NCBI GenBank assembly: GCA_965203325.1
Contig: OZ241875.1
Location: 3,904,001 to 3,968,000, forward strand
Direction: 5' to 3'
Source of the DNA: a bacterium
GTDB lineage: Bacteria; UBA8248
Length of the DNA: 64,000 nt
Both the position numbers and the translations under genes were made by a program. The notes beneath the pieces were generated by a model. That model was not told the origin of the DNA and made no database searches. It saw only the letters and a program-made list of their open reading frames with translations. Positions within the stretch are counted from its first letter, which is position 1. Every line of letters begins with the position of its first letter. Positions 18,241 to 28,704 of the stretch are shown one piece after another.

Positions 18241-19251
18241 TCAACTACCTTGCTGGTTGTTCCCAGGATGAAGACCGGCTCGTTTTTCGCTCTCATCTTG
18301 CGCCTTGGGCGGTTCATTGGTTTGGGGCAAATGGTTTTTGAGGAAAATCAAGGCGAGCCGAATCGAGTCTTCTCTTTCTCGAGGAGTTCTCCTCCTGAGA
18401 ACGAAATTGTGGCCAGTACCCTCGTAAAGTTTCAATTGAGCGTAGCCCGATTTTCTCGCTCGCAGCTTTCTCATCATCGTGAATGATTGCTGGACGGGGA
18501 TTATCCCGTCCGCTACGCCATGAAACATCAAGGTGGAAGCTTTCGTGTTCTGTATCTTGTTGGCGGGGCTGTGTAGTTCCAGATATTCTTTCCAACGCAG
18601 TAGATCCTCGGTCGCCAGGGCGAGCACCACGGCATTGATGCGCTTTTTGATGAGAGCCTCATAATCATAGGGGCCATAATAGGCTACCACGGCCTTCACG
18701 ACTGGAAGCGACGCGGCCGCGCGAAACGCCTTGTCCGCGCCGAGTGAGAATCCGATGAGACCGACCTTGTTTTGTATGCAATGCGCGCTATTCGCAAAAG
18801 CGGAAACGGCTCGGTTGATGTCTTCATTCTGGCGCTCGAAATTCGATTTTCGTTGAATGAAAGGTGTCCTGAGACCCTCGAGGTCCACCTGGTGCACCGA
18901 GTAATAATTGATGACCAAGGATGAGAATCCATGGCTCGCGAGTTTTCGGGCGTAGCGGGTGTATGCCCGCCACCAGCCGCCTTTACCGTGAAGCAATACG
19001 ACGCAAGGATATCTCCCATCTTTCGATGGACGCACCAGGTATCCTGTCATTGAGGCGTTTTCGATGCTCGATGGCAGTTCGACATAGTTCTCCTGGTGAT
19101 CGTAGCTTCCATCAGGAGCAGGAGCCAGGTTCAAGGTTCGGGGCCGGGTGCAGCTTGTCACCATCAGCATGGCGAAGATGAAAAGCAAGAGGGCTCTTAT
19201 GCGGATGATCTTGAAGAAGCGATGAATTATGCTAAAAATGGATCGAATCAT
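18241..19251 (-). CDS. Dienelactone hydrolase-like alpha/beta hydrolase, probable lipoprotein
   Basis: VTSC lipobox-like, LLHG, GFSLG, HG..D, GHNF. Confidence 0.8.
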   Translation of the reverse strand: MIRSIFSIIHRFFKIIRIRALLLFIFAMLMVTSCTRPRTLNLAPAPDGSYDHQENYVELPSSIENASMTGYLVRPSKDGRYPCVVLLHGKGGWWRAYTRYARKLASHGFSSLVINYYSVHQVDLEGLRTPFIQRKSNFERQNEDINRAVSAFANSAHCIQNKVGLIGFSLGADKAFRAAASLPVVKAVVAYYGPYDYEALIKKRINAVVLALATEDLLRWKEYLELHSPANKIQNTKASTLMFHGVADGIIPVQQSFTMMRKLRARKSGYAQLKLYEGTGHNFVLRRRTPREREDSIRLALIFLKNHLPQTNEPPKAQDESEKRAGLHPGNNQQGS

Positions 19252-19373
19252 GCGAAATCCAATTTTTGCTCGGCGGCAAAAGAATTGGCAGGTTCATACC
19301 ATCTCTGAGAATAATCCCGGGAAACGATTTCGGCAACATCTCGGCGAATATAGCTCATGTGAAGGAGAATTGA

Positions 19374-20714
19374 ATGTCGGCGGTGATTGATTTTTTGCGA
19401 TCGAGAAGAGAACAGAGTCTGGAAGAACTTATTGAATACCTCGAAATACCCTCCATCAGCACATTGGGGGTCGGTGTCGAGGAAGCGGCAGCGCATCTGG
19501 CGGGATTGATGAGTAGCGCAGGCATTCAGGCGCAGATTCTGCCGACTGAGGGCATTTCGCTCGTATACGGCGAAGTGAAGGGACCTCCGGATGCTCCGAC
19601 GATGCTGATCTATGGACACTACGACGTTCAGCCGGCCGATATTTCCGAGGGCTGGAGTTCCGAGCCGTTCGAGCCCCAGGTGCGAGATGGCCGCCTCTAC
19701 GCTCGTGGGTCGGGAGACAACAAGGGCCAGCATTTCGCCCAGATCAAAGCGGTACAAGCCTATCACCAGACGAACACGAAAATGCCCATCACCCTTAAGT
19801 TTTTGATTGAGGGGGAAGAAGAGATGGGTTCCCCCAATTTGAGGAAATTCATCCAATCAAACAAGGAGTTGTTGAAAGCCGATATCGCCTGCTCATCCGA
19901 TGGCTCGTTACACCCATCGGGCAGGCCGACGCTCTCTATGGGATGCAGAGGGCTACTCTATATCGAACTTATCTCACACGGCGTCGGGAAAGACCTCCAT
20001 TCCGGGTCTTATGGCGGAGCGGCCCCGAATCCGTTCTGGCGGCTCATGGAGGCCGTTCAATGCCTGCGCGACGGAGAGGGAAGGGTGCGCGTGCCGGGAT
20101 TTTATGAGTCCGTGCTCCCGGTCGGTGATGCGGACCAGGATGCGCTTGAGGGAATTCCCGACCCGGAAGCGGAACTGCGGGCTGTCATCGGAGAAGGCGC
20201 CTCCCGGATACCGGAACTTTCGGCCTTTTATGAGAAAGTTCTCACGCAGCCGAACCTGAACATCTGTGGATTCCAGGGGGGATATTCCAACGATGGCATG
20301 AAAACAGTTTTGCCGGGTTCCGCAAGCGCCAAGCTGGATTTCCGCCTTGTTGTGGCGCAGGACCCGGACAAGCTGTTTGATGATGTGTGTTCGTTTTTGA
20401 ATGCAGAGGGTTTCGATGACATCGAAGTGCGCAAGATGGCCACGTTCGACGCCAGCAAAACGCCGGCGGACGATCCCTATGTGCAGAAGGTCATCAAGGC
20501 TGTCAGTGGTTTCGGGGTCGAACCCGTCATCTACCCGAACTTCGGCGGCAGCGTTCCCGACAGCATGTTCACGAGAGACTTGGGGCTCCCGTCCGTCTGG
20601 TTCCCGCTCGCCAATGCGGATTCAAACGCTCATGCCCCGGATGAGAATATCGACGTGGAGATATTTCATCGTGGTTGCGAGATTGCAGCGACTCTCATGG
20701 GAGGTCTCGCTTGA
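19374..20714 (+). CDS. M20 family metallopeptidase/amidohydrolase
   Basis: YGHYDVQP, RGSGDNKG, EGEEEMGS, DLHSG, HAPDEN. Confidence 0.92.
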   Translation: MSAVIDFLRSRREQSLEELIEYLEIPSISTLGVGVEEAAAHLAGLMSSAGIQAQILPTEGISLVYGEVKGPPDAPTMLIYGHYDVQPADISEGWSSEPFEPQVRDGRLYARGSGDNKGQHFAQIKAVQAYHQTNTKMPITLKFLIEGEEEMGSPNLRKFIQSNKELLKADIACSSDGSLHPSGRPTLSMGCRGLLYIELISHGVGKDLHSGSYGGAAPNPFWRLMEAVQCLRDGEGRVRVPGFYESVLPVGDADQDALEGIPDPEAELRAVIGEGASRIPELSAFYEKVLTQPNLNICGFQGGYSNDGMKTVLPGSASAKLDFRLVVAQDPDKLFDDVCSFLNAEGFDDIEVRKMATFDASKTPADDPYVQKVIKAVSGFGVEPVIYPNFGGSVPDSMFTRDLGLPSVWFPLANADSNAHAPDENIDVEIFHRGCEIAATLMGGLA

Positions 20715-21214
20715 AGCACCCGCTCTGGACGATAGGCCACAGCAACCACAGCGCGGAGAAATTCCTGAGCCTGCTGAGCCGCCACGGCATCGCATGCGTG
20801 GTGGATGTGCGCAGCATCCCCTACAGCAGGAGAAACCCTCAATTCAACAGAGAAAGTATAAGCAAAAGCCTCTTGTCGCGAGACATTTTATACGTCTGGG
20901 AAGGGGAGGCGTTGGGTGGGAAGCGCGATTTCAGACAACATCCAGAATTTTTTGACCCCCAAGGACGCATCGACTGGATGAAGATAAGGCGCGGTGAAAG
21001 TTTTATCCTTGCGATGGAGCGCTTGAGAGCGCGAGTGGGCAAGGAACCCACGGCGGTTCTTTGTGCGGAGGAGAACCCGAGAAACTGTCACCGCCTGCAT
21101 CTGGTATCCGCGGCTTGGGCGGAGAGTTGCGATGAAAATATATCGCATATTCGTGGGGACGGGCGTGTGGAGACACACGCGCAAATCTTCCCCCAGCCTG
21201 AATTGTTTTGTTGA
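20711..21214 (+). CDS. DUF488 domain protein
   Basis: TIGHSN, DVRSIPYSR, LCAE...CHR; TTG start overlapping the upstream stop. Confidence 0.85.
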   Translation: MKHPLWTIGHSNHSAEKFLSLLSRHGIACVVDVRSIPYSRRNPQFNRESISKSLLSRDILYVWEGEALGGKRDFRQHPEFFDPQGRIDWMKIRRGESFILAMERLRARVGKEPTAVLCAEENPRNCHRLHLVSAAWAESCDENISHIRGDGRVETHAQIFPQPELFC

Positions 21215-21287
21215 TCATTCTCCCATACCCTGTCGATAGGCATATTTTCGTGGCCAGCGGACTTTCACCCACTCATCTGAGGAATTC

Positions 21288-23360
21288 ATGAATCACCCCC
21301 GTCAGCAGAACCGCCTCGCACAGGAGACAAGCCCGTATCTCTTACAGCATCAATACAATCCGGTGCAGTGGTACCCATGGGGTGAGGATGCGCTCCGTAA
21401 ATCAAGAGAAGAGAACAAGCCCATTTTCTTGTCCGTCGGCTATTCTGCCTGCCACTGGTGTCATGTGATGGAGCACGAGAGTTTCGAAGATGAGGAAATT
21501 GCAGAAATCCTGAACGAGCATTTCGTCTCCATCAAAGTGGACCGCGAAGAACGTCCGGACATCGACGGCATCTACATGGAAGCGGTGCAGATGATGACGG
21601 GCCAGGGGGGCTGGCCCATGAGTGTCTTTTTGCTCCCGGATTTGAGGCCCTTCTTCGGTGGCACGTATTTTCCGCCACATGACAAATGGGGCAGGCCCGG
21701 TTTCAAGAACGTGCTCTTGAGGCTGGCCGAAGTCTACCGGACAAGACAGGACGATTTGCAGGATAACGCGGAGAGCATCACGGCGAATCTGCAGCAAATG
21801 GGAGTCGTTACGTCAGCAGAAGGTGATTTGAAAGCAGAGTGGATCGACCAGGCCGCTAAGGAACTGAAAGAGCGATTCGACTCGACATGGGGCGGCTTTG
21901 GGAGCGCTCCCAAATTTCCACCCTCGATGGCATTGATGCTGTTATTGAGAAAATGGAAGCAGTCCCCGGATCAGGAATTACTGAAGATGGTCGAGGTAAC
22001 GCTTCAAAGAATGGCGCTGGGCGGGATGTATGATCAACTCGGCGGAGGCTTTCACCGCTACAGCGTGGATAATTATTGGCTTATCCCGCACTTCGAGAAA
22101 ATGCTTTACGACAACGCTCTGCTTACCAGGGTTTATCTCGAAGCATATCAGGCGACGGGAAGTGCGTTTTACCGCTCCGTGGTGGCGGATACGCTCGATT
22201 ACGTTTTGAGGGAGATGACCAGCCCGGGAGGAGGATTTTATTCCGCGCAGGACGCTGACAGCGAAGGAGAGGAGGGCAAGTTCTTCGTTTGGCGTCCTGA
22301 GGAGATAGAAGAGGTTCTCGGCAAAGAAGAAGCCGACATATTCTGCCGGTTCTACAGCGTGACGGAAGAGGGGAACTTCGAGGGCAACACCTCCGCCTTG
22401 TTCATTCAGAAACCACCCCGCGTTTTCGCCGAAGAACTGGGAATCACGGAAGAGAAGCTCTTTGATGTCTTGCAAAGAGGGCGCGCAAAACTCTTCGCCG
22501 AGCGCGAGCGGCGCGTGAAGCCGGGCCTGGATGATAAAATTCTCACGAGTTGGAACGGACTCATGATCGGCTCGATGGCTTTGGCGGGCAGGATTCTGGA
22601 GCACCGTCCCTACGTGGAAGAAGCGGGCAAGGCGGCGGATTTTATTTTGAACAACATGCGCGATGAGCGCGGCTTGCTGAGAAGCCATCGGGAGGGCGTG
22701 AGCAAGTTCAACGCGTATCTGGATGACTATGCTTTTCTGATCGTGGGTCTGGTGGATTTGTACGAGGCGAGCTTCGAGCCCCGGTGGATTCGAGCGGCCT
22801 CTGATTTGGCGCGGGAGATGATATCTCGATATTGGGATGACGAGGCGGGCGCATTCTTCTTTACGGCTCACGATCATGAACAACTCATCGTGCGGAAGAA
22901 GATGACGCAAGACGGCGCCGTTCCGAGCGGGAACTCGATGGCGGCGCTGGGTTTATTGAAACTGGCGAAACTCTCGGGTGAGGCGGAATTCGCAGAGCAT
23001 GGCGAGGCGGTTTTGCGCTCGTTCGGAGATTACCTGAGCCGCGTGCCGGCCGCTTTCCACATGATGCTGGTGGCGCTGGACTTTCATCTTGATTCCCCGG
23101 TGGAAGTGGCGATTGTCGGAGAGAGGAACGCAGAAGATACGCGCGCGGCCCTTAAAGTCGTTGATTCGCGCTTCATTCCCAACAAGGTTTTGGCTCTCAG
23201 AACCGAATCGTCTGACGAAGAAACAGACGCTGCAGTGCCCTTGCTTGATGGGAAATCCATGGTGGATGGACAAGCCACGGTATATCTTTGCGAAAATTTC
23301 ACATGCAAGGAGCCGCTCACGGACTTGGAGAAGATAGAAAAAGCGCTCGAGAGGGATTGA
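21288..23360 (+). CDS. Thioredoxin-domain protein, YyaL/SSP411 (DUF255) family
   Basis: [40 protein letters not shown]. Confidence 0.92.
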   Translation: MNHPRQQNRLAQETSPYLLQHQYNPVQWYPWGEDALRKSREENKPIFLSVGYSACHWCHVMEHESFEDEEIAEILNEHFVSIKVDREERPDIDGIYMEAVQMMTGQGGWPMSVFLLPDLRPFFGGTYFPPHDKWGRPGFKNVLLRLAEVYRTRQDDLQDNAESITANLQQMGVVTSAEGDLKAEWIDQAAKELKERFDSTWGGFGSAPKFPPSMALMLLLRKWKQSPDQELLKMVEVTLQRMALGGMYDQLGGGFHRYSVDNYWLIPHFEKMLYDNALLTRVYLEAYQATGSAFYRSVVADTLDYVLREMTSPGGGFYSAQDADSEGEEGKFFVWRPEEIEEVLGKEEADIFCRFYSVTEEGNFEGNTSALFIQKPPRVFAEELGITEEKLFDVLQRGRAKLFAERERRVKPGLDDKILTSWNGLMIGSMALAGRILEHRPYVEEAGKAADFILNNMRDERGLLRSHREGVSKFNAYLDDYAFLIVGLVDLYEASFEPRWIRAASDLAREMISRYWDDEAGAFFFTAHDHEQLIVRKKMTQDGAVPSGNSMAALGLLKLAKLSGEAEFAEHGEAVLRSFGDYLSRVPAAFHMMLVALDFHLDSPVEVAIVGERNAEDTRAALKVVDSRFIPNKVLALRTESSDEETDAAVPLLDGKSMVDGQATVYLCENFTCKEPLTDLEKIEKALERD

Positions 23361-23365
23361 GTCTC

Positions 23366-24028
23366 TTATTTCGCCCGCACGATGAATGCCCCGTAGCCGT
23401 TGCGCTGCAGCTTTTCCACTAATCGTTTTGCTTTACCCTCGCCGGCCAAGCCTTTGATCTGCACGTGGTAGTGTTCGTAGTTTCCGTGCCAGCCGGGCCG
23501 GATCTCCGAAATCGTGCCGTTTCTATTAAAGTAATCGGCGAATTCTTGGGCTTCCGGTTTTTCCATGAACCCGCCTACTAGGATCATCCATTTCGGGTTC
23601 GGCTCCCGGGGAATGTAGAGGGGTTCGACGGAAACCTCGGTGGTGCCCTTGCGCAGCATACCGATTCTTCGGGCCGCTTCCCGGGAGAGGTCGATGACCC
23701 GGTTTATGAAAAAGGGACCCCGATCGTTGATTCGCACTTGCACCTCCCGCCCGTCATCGCTTCTGCTCACCCGTACGATGGAACCAAATGGAAGTGTGCG
23801 GTGCGCGGCGGTGAGCGCATGCATGTCGTAAGTTTCGCCATTCGCCGTTTTGCGCCCATGGTAGGGATTTCCGTACCAGGAGGCGATGCCGTGCAAATTG
23901 TCCCCCTGGATGTCGTAACTCTTCTGAGTAGGTAGAAAGCCGCAGCTACTCAAAGAAATGGAAAAAGCGACACTAATGATAAGACCACGCAAGGAGACTA
24001 CATATAAAGGATTGTTTTTCGCGTTCAT
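23366..24028 (-). CDS. rlpA: Septal ring lytic transglycosylase RlpA family lipoprotein with SPOR-like domain
   Basis: LSSC lipobox; GIASWYG, TAAHRTLP, RINDRGPF, IDLS. Confidence 0.85.
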   Translation of the reverse strand: MNAKNNPLYVVSLRGLIISVAFSISLSSCGFLPTQKSYDIQGDNLHGIASWYGNPYHGRKTANGETYDMHALTAAHRTLPFGSIVRVSRSDDGREVQVRINDRGPFFINRVIDLSREAARRIGMLRKGTTEVSVEPLYIPREPNPKWMILVGGFMEKPEAQEFADYFNRNGTISEIRPGWHGNYEHYHVQIKGLAGEGKAKRLVEKLQRNGYGAFIVRAK

Positions 24029-24132
24029 CGGGATACATCGGGGCGGATTTCGTAAATAGACGAGGTAATTATATCAGTTTCATCCGGTGCCGCCAGATGG
24101 ATATGAAATTTAAGTGGCTAGCGTGGTTTTAC

Positions 24133-24774
24133 CTAGCCTCGATACTTGGCGAATGTTTCACCGATGCTCACGCCTTTTTCCAGTTCCGCGGTAATTTTTT
24201 CTTCGATTTCCGCCAGTTCATCCATCTTGCTGATGACATCCCCGAGCATTTCCCTGGGGATGACGACCACACCGTTGACGTCTCCCAGAATGACGTCTCC
24301 CTGCCTCACCGCGATGCCCCCGCAATTGATCGGCTCTCCAACGCTTATGGGGACCGTATATCCGCCGCTGCCGTGAACAGACACTCCTCTGGCGAACACG
24401 GGAAACCCCATCTGGCGGTGTTCCTCGATATCTCTGGCCCTGCCGTCAAGAACGACTCCTCCGAGGTTCATCACCTTCGCCCGCGTGGTCATCATCCCGC
24501 CCCAGTTGGCTGTCGTGACACCGGGCGGGATGCTGATGACAACGATGCTCCCCTCGGGCGCCGCGTCGATGTGATGCACCTCGCGCTTGGGCAGGGGGCC
24601 GCCACCGGCGGGAACCATTCGCACGGTGTGGGCCTCTCCCACCATCCGGTAATCCGGGTCGGGCGATAACAGGATGATGTCTGGCATGTGGCCCCTGATT
24701 TTCAGTTTGTCAAAAGCGTCCGCCGCCTGACAGGTCGAATAGCTTCCCAAACGGTTCAACAATTCGTTGCTCAT
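24133..24774 (-). CDS. RraA family / HMG aldolase-like protein
   Basis: ADA, WGGMM, DGRARD, GDVILGDVNGVVVIP. Confidence 0.85.
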   Translation of the reverse strand: MSNELLNRLGSYSTCQAADAFDKLKIRGHMPDIILLSPDPDYRMVGEAHTVRMVPAGGGPLPKREVHHIDAAPEGSIVVISIPPGVTTANWGGMMTTRAKVMNLGGVVLDGRARDIEEHRQMGFPVFARGVSVHGSGGYTVPISVGEPINCGGIAVRQGDVILGDVNGVVVIPREMLGDVISKMDELAEIEEKITAELEKGVSIGETFAKYRG

Positions 24775-24859
24775 GAAATTCTCCGCAATCCGTTGTCTCC
24801 AAATACGTCGGCGTCATGTGGCGAATGGGGCGTTCATATTCTCTTTGAAGGCCTGCGAT

Positions 24860-25612
24860 TTATACACGGAATTCCGAAAATCGCACACCATCCGGATCGA
24901 GCTCCTCCAGGGCGCTCAGTTCTTCGGCGCTTGGCGCAGGAGTTTGCGCCACAATGCTCGGGCGCTCCAGGTCGAAGCCTGTTTTCTCGACCACTTCATC
25001 CATCGAGTGGCCAGGGTGAACGCTGGCGATCTCGAGCCCGGTGGATTTTTTCTCGAACACGGCGATGGGCGTCACGACGTGGCTCAGATTGCCTGATTGC
25101 GTCGAGAAATCGACCCGGGGCACGAGAAATCGTTTGTCGTGAACTGTTCGCCATATGACGGTTCGTTTCACCTGCGGCATGATGACGGCGCCTCCCCCGC
25201 CGCCGGGGAGTCTCACTTTCGGGTGGAACGGGTCGCCGATGTAGCTCAAGTTGGCTCGTCCCTGCTTGTCGAGTTGGGCGGCTCCCAGAAAAGCCATGTC
25301 CACCCCGCCGCGTGCAAAGAGATCATACATATCCGGGTTGTAGAACATAGAGGCGGCGCCGTGGCAGAGTTCGGGATCGGCCGTGCTGTTCGGCATGAAG
25401 CGTGGTTTGGGGTCCACCGAACCCGCGACTTCTATGAGCGAGCAGTTGGGGGCATGTCGTTTCTTGGCCAGGAAGATCGCGACCATCGGAAGTGGGGAGT
25501 TGACCCCGTGAAACACATTCTCGCCGTCTTCGATAAGGCGCGAGAGTGTTACGGCCATCTGGTTTCCGGCGCGGATCACATACTCGGGCAACGAAGCCAG
25601 GCGGTTGCCCAT
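24860..25612 (-). CDS. Class I CoA-transferase-fold beta subunit (GctB/CatJ/IpdB-like)
   Basis: FLGAAQLDKQGRANLS, RLPGGGG, FLVPRVDF, SVHPG..V...TGF. Confidence 0.88.
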   Translation of the reverse strand: MGNRLASLPEYVIRAGNQMAVTLSRLIEDGENVFHGVNSPLPMVAIFLAKKRHAPNCSLIEVAGSVDPKPRFMPNSTADPELCHGAASMFYNPDMYDLFARGGVDMAFLGAAQLDKQGRANLSYIGDPFHPKVRLPGGGGGAVIMPQVKRTVIWRTVHDKRFLVPRVDFSTQSGNLSHVVTPIAVFEKKSTGLEIASVHPGHSMDEVVEKTGFDLERPSIVAQTPAPSAEELSALEELDPDGVRFSEFRV

Positions 25613-25614
25613 CG

Positions 25615-26442
25615 TTATTTCGTCACCGCGTCTTGTGTGTGTGTTTCATCGGTACTCGCCAGATATTCCCGAAGCCCGTCCTGGCTTTGGGTCAAGGCCA
25701 TGTAGCGCCTCATTTCTGTTTTGTCGACCCCGTAAAATGGATGGCAGCTACAAGGAGACGCGCCGCCCGGCGTTTCCACGACTGCTTTGACGAGAAAGCC
25801 TGGAATGGTGGTTCTCTCCGGTTCCGCCGCGATTTCTTCGGGGTCTACGATTTTCTCGGTCGTGAGAATGACCCCTTTTTGCGCCGCGCGCGTCATTTCA
25901 ACGTCGAATTGCTGATTGCCCAGGATTTGTGCGTTTCCCTGCGCATCTGTTTTCTGGACGTGGATCAACGCCCAGTCCGGCTTGAGGGCGGGAATCGCAT
26001 AGAGTTCCTCTTTCGTGTAGGGGTCTTCAATCGTATAGATGCCGCTTTGCTCCGGAATGTCGCTCCCGTCGAATCCTCGAATGGGTTGGAAGGGAACGCC
26101 GTAGGCTGCGGCCCGCAGCCCAGCAAGTACGCTGGCTCAGGCGTGTTCGGTCAGGCCGGCCAATCCTTTCTCTATCGCCTTTCGATAGTGAGGTGCCAAT
26201 CCGAATTCCGCCTCGAATGTAACAATGCCGCTGATGATTTTCTTCACGGCGCCTGCGGCGCAAAGGAGATCGGCGTCGTAACCGGGAGACGGCTTGATGA
26301 GCGTGAGGTCCTGAAGACCCGCGCGCGCAATTTCGCGGATGAGGGCGGCGGGTGTTCTGTGCAATAAGGTTCCGCCGGGACTGATCGCGTCTCCCTCCTC
26401 GATGAGGGAAGCGGCTTCTCGCAAGTGAACTTGTTTGCTCAT
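25615..26442 (-). CDS. Class I CoA-transferase-fold alpha subunit, probable selenoprotein (Sec102 at TGA 26139-26137), 275 aa
   Basis: ORFs 26137-26442 and 25615-25968 are in one frame separated only by a TGA; readthrough gives EHA-U-ASVLAGLRAAAYGVPFQPIRGFDGSD...DPY...IPALKPDWALIHVQKTDAQGN, a continuous GctA/CatI/IpdA-type sequence; SECIS-like hairpin follows. Confidence 0.8.
26098..26136 (-). promoter_or_regulatory. Candidate bacterial SECIS element
   Basis: After UGA: perfect 7-bp stem GGCUGCG/CGCAGCC with G-starting loop GGC at nt +24; lower pairings GCC/GGC and GUA/UAC. Confidence 0.65.
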
Positions 26443-26675
26443 GGGCAGTTTTCATCCCTTTGTTTAGGGCGTATGCAACAGGAAAAAGAAACCATGGGCA
26501 TAGTTTAGCAAAAGTAGATGTTTTGTGCTTGCGCTCATACGCCTTTTTGCAGGCAGAGAGGTGATTTCGACGCATTCATTGACCAGCGGCCTCGGTGTGG
26601 CGTAAATATCGGTGAAATGACACTTTCTATAAAGTGCCGGCATACATCCAGACGAATCTATTAAAGGAGCATGGA

Positions 26676-27188
26676 ATGCCACGGATTTCCTTGTTAGAAC
26701 CCGAGCAGGCGGAAGCATCCGCGAAGCGCATCATGGAGAATTTGCAAAAACAGTTCGGCGTCGTGATTCCACCGGTGAAGGCACTGGCCCACAAGCCGGA
26801 TTTCTTGCGTTCTTTGCTGAGCCTGACCACGGTGGCAGATGGCCCTGGGGAGATTGACGTCGGCTTCAAGGAAATCTTGAACATTCGCGCGTCGGTTCTC
26901 AACGGGTGCCATTTTTGCGCCAACATGCATTCCAACATGGCGAAGATGCATAAGGTGGGGGATGAGAAGACGAAAGCCGCGCAAGAGGGTTCCTCAAGCG
27001 ATGTCTTCGATGAGAAAGAAAAGGCGGCGCTTCGCCTTTGTGAGGAAAGCACGCAGGGGGTGAGCGTTTCAGACGAAACGTTTGAAGCGCTGAAGATGCA
27101 CTATTCGGAAGCGCAGATTGTGGAGCTTTTGGGCGCCATTGCGCTCATCAACACCTGGAATCGATTGATCGTCGGAATGGGTTTCTAG
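26676..27188 (+). CDS. AhpD/carboxymuconolactone decarboxylase family protein
   Basis: E...R.S..NGCHFC..H, IVEL...IA..N.WNR; AAGGAG RBS. Confidence 0.88.
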   Translation: MPRISLLEPEQAEASAKRIMENLQKQFGVVIPPVKALAHKPDFLRSLLSLTTVADGPGEIDVGFKEILNIRASVLNGCHFCANMHSNMAKMHKVGDEKTKAAQEGSSSDVFDEKEKAALRLCEESTQGVSVSDETFEALKMHYSEAQIVELLGAIALINTWNRLIVGMGF

Positions 27189-27229
27189 GCGCGGTTTTCT
27201 CGTGCGCTTGGGTTGTCGAAAAGAGAGGT

Positions 27230-28408
27230 TTAGAGACTCAGCGCAGCCCGGCTGACCGTAAGTTCGGTTTCTCCCAGAAGTTCCGATGTCGAGAGTTTTC
27301 CGCTCATGACGTCGATGAGTTCTTTTTCGAGCATATCCCTCGCCTCATCTATGCGCATCGTCCCCTCCATGACGCCGCTGATGTCCACGTCGATGTTCTC
27401 GGCCATCGTCCGCGCGGTTCGGGGATTGCCCGTCACCTTGATGGTGGGAGAGACGGGATGCCCGATGGGATTACCGATTCCGGTCGAAAATATGATCGCC
27501 TGCGCCCCGCTGGCCGCCAGGGAGGATATGTTCTCCACGCCCGCGCAGGGAGCGTCGGCGAAGATGGCGCCTTTTTTCTTGGGGCGTTCACCCACGCCGA
27601 CGACTTCGACGATGGGATGGCTCCCCGCTTTCTTGACGGCTCCTAGGCTTTTCTCCTCGATGGAGGAAAGTCCGCCCCTGATGTTATCGGGCGCAGGATT
27701 GGAACCGATGAAATCGACGCCGATGCTCTCGGCGTAATCGACGGCGCGCCTGGCGGAATCGATGATTCTCCGCGCTGTTTTTCTGTCCGCGGCACGGCGG
27801 GCGAGAAGGTGCTCGGCGCCGACGATTTCCAGGGTTTCGGAAAAAATGACCGAACCTCCCGCTTCCACGACTCTGTCGGCGACCATGCCCGTCACGGGGT
27901 TCGAGATGACGCCGCTGGTCGTATCCGAACCGCCGCATTCGGCCCCGATGGTTAGTTCGTCCAGTTCACAGCGGACGCGCTTGGCGGATGCGAGGTGCGC
28001 GGAGAGTTTCGTGGCGAGTTCCACGACGTGCGAAGTGGTGCTGAGCGTGCCCCCAATTTCCTGAATATTCACGGCTTCTATGGGCATCCAGGGAGATGTT
28101 CTCGCGGCTACTTCCGCGATGGCGTTGGCGCTCTTGGGTTCGAGGCTCACGATAATGGCGGCCCCTACGTTCGGGTGGGCGGCGGTGTGTCCCATCACCC
28201 GCCAATGTTGCGCCTCGTCCTCACCCATCAGGGCGCGTCCGAACGAGGTGTTGACGGGCGTGGCGTCTCTTACGAGCCCGCCGATTCTGCGGACGATGGG
28301 ATTGGAATTGTCCATTCCGCTGACGATAGCGAGGTGGTTCCGGCCGCCTGGAGGACCCTCGGGTCTCCTGTAGCCCCAGAAGGTAGGAGTGCCTCTTTTA
28401 CGGGCCAA
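27230..28408 (-). CDS. UxaA-family dehydratase/sulfo-lyase large subunit (altronate dehydratase / SuyB-like)
   Basis: GYRR..G..G.RN, HPNVGA, ECGGSDTTSG..SNP, GNPAPDN..GGLSSIEEKSLG, FSTG.G. Confidence 0.85.
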   Translation of the reverse strand: MARKRGTPTFWGYRRPEGPPGGRNHLAIVSGMDNSNPIVRRIGGLVRDATPVNTSFGRALMGEDEAQHWRVMGHTAAHPNVGAAIIVSLEPKSANAIAEVAARTSPWMPIEAVNIQEIGGTLSTTSHVVELATKLSAHLASAKRVRCELDELTIGAECGGSDTTSGVISNPVTGMVADRVVEAGGSVIFSETLEIVGAEHLLARRAADRKTARRIIDSARRAVDYAESIGVDFIGSNPAPDNIRGGLSSIEEKSLGAVKKAGSHPIVEVVGVGERPKKKGAIFADAPCAGVENISSLAASGAQAIIFSTGIGNPIGHPVSPTIKVTGNPRTARTMAENIDVDISGVMEGTMRIDEARDMLEKELIDVMSGKLSTSELLGETELTVSRAALSL

Positions 28409-28410
28409 AC

Positions 28411-28683
28411 CTAACCCCTGGTGCTCTTGATGTTATGGACGTGGACGTGACTGCCGGCGGATATCTCTTGTGTGGCAGTGCCGATGACCTCGCCGTATTT
28501 GAGCACTTTTGCGTTTGAGCGGATCTTGCGCAGCGCGATTTTGTGTCCGAAAGGAATCGCTTGCGTTGCGGAAAGCGTGAGTGACTTGTCATCGCCTTCG
28601 ATTTCTACACTCTGCTCGGGGGAGATGTCCTCGAGCACCGTGGCCACGTTGTCTTTCGGGTGCATCACCAGCGCTCGGCTCAT
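28411..28683 (-). CDS. UxaA-family SAF-domain small subunit (SuyA-like)
   Basis: HPKDNVAT, IPFGHKIAL, KYGEVIG, HVHVHN. Confidence 0.88.
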   Translation of the reverse strand: MSRALVMHPKDNVATVLEDISPEQSVEIEGDDKSLTLSATQAIPFGHKIALRKIRSNAKVLKYGEVIGTATQEISAGSHVHVHNIKSTRG

Positions 28684-28704
28684 CAGGGGTTCTCCATGGC
28701 GCGT

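Noticed and set aside
25615..26442. Treating the two CoA-transferase alpha ORFs as separate genes or a nonsense pseudogene
   Set aside because: Same frame, a single TGA, an intact intervening sequence and a SECIS-like hairpin favour Sec readthrough, though a nonsense mutation is not formally excluded
26676..27188. AhpD-like gene as a third selenoprotein
   Set aside because: It has an ordinary CHFC motif and no in-frame TGA; the same holds for the DsbA-like and YyaL-like genes
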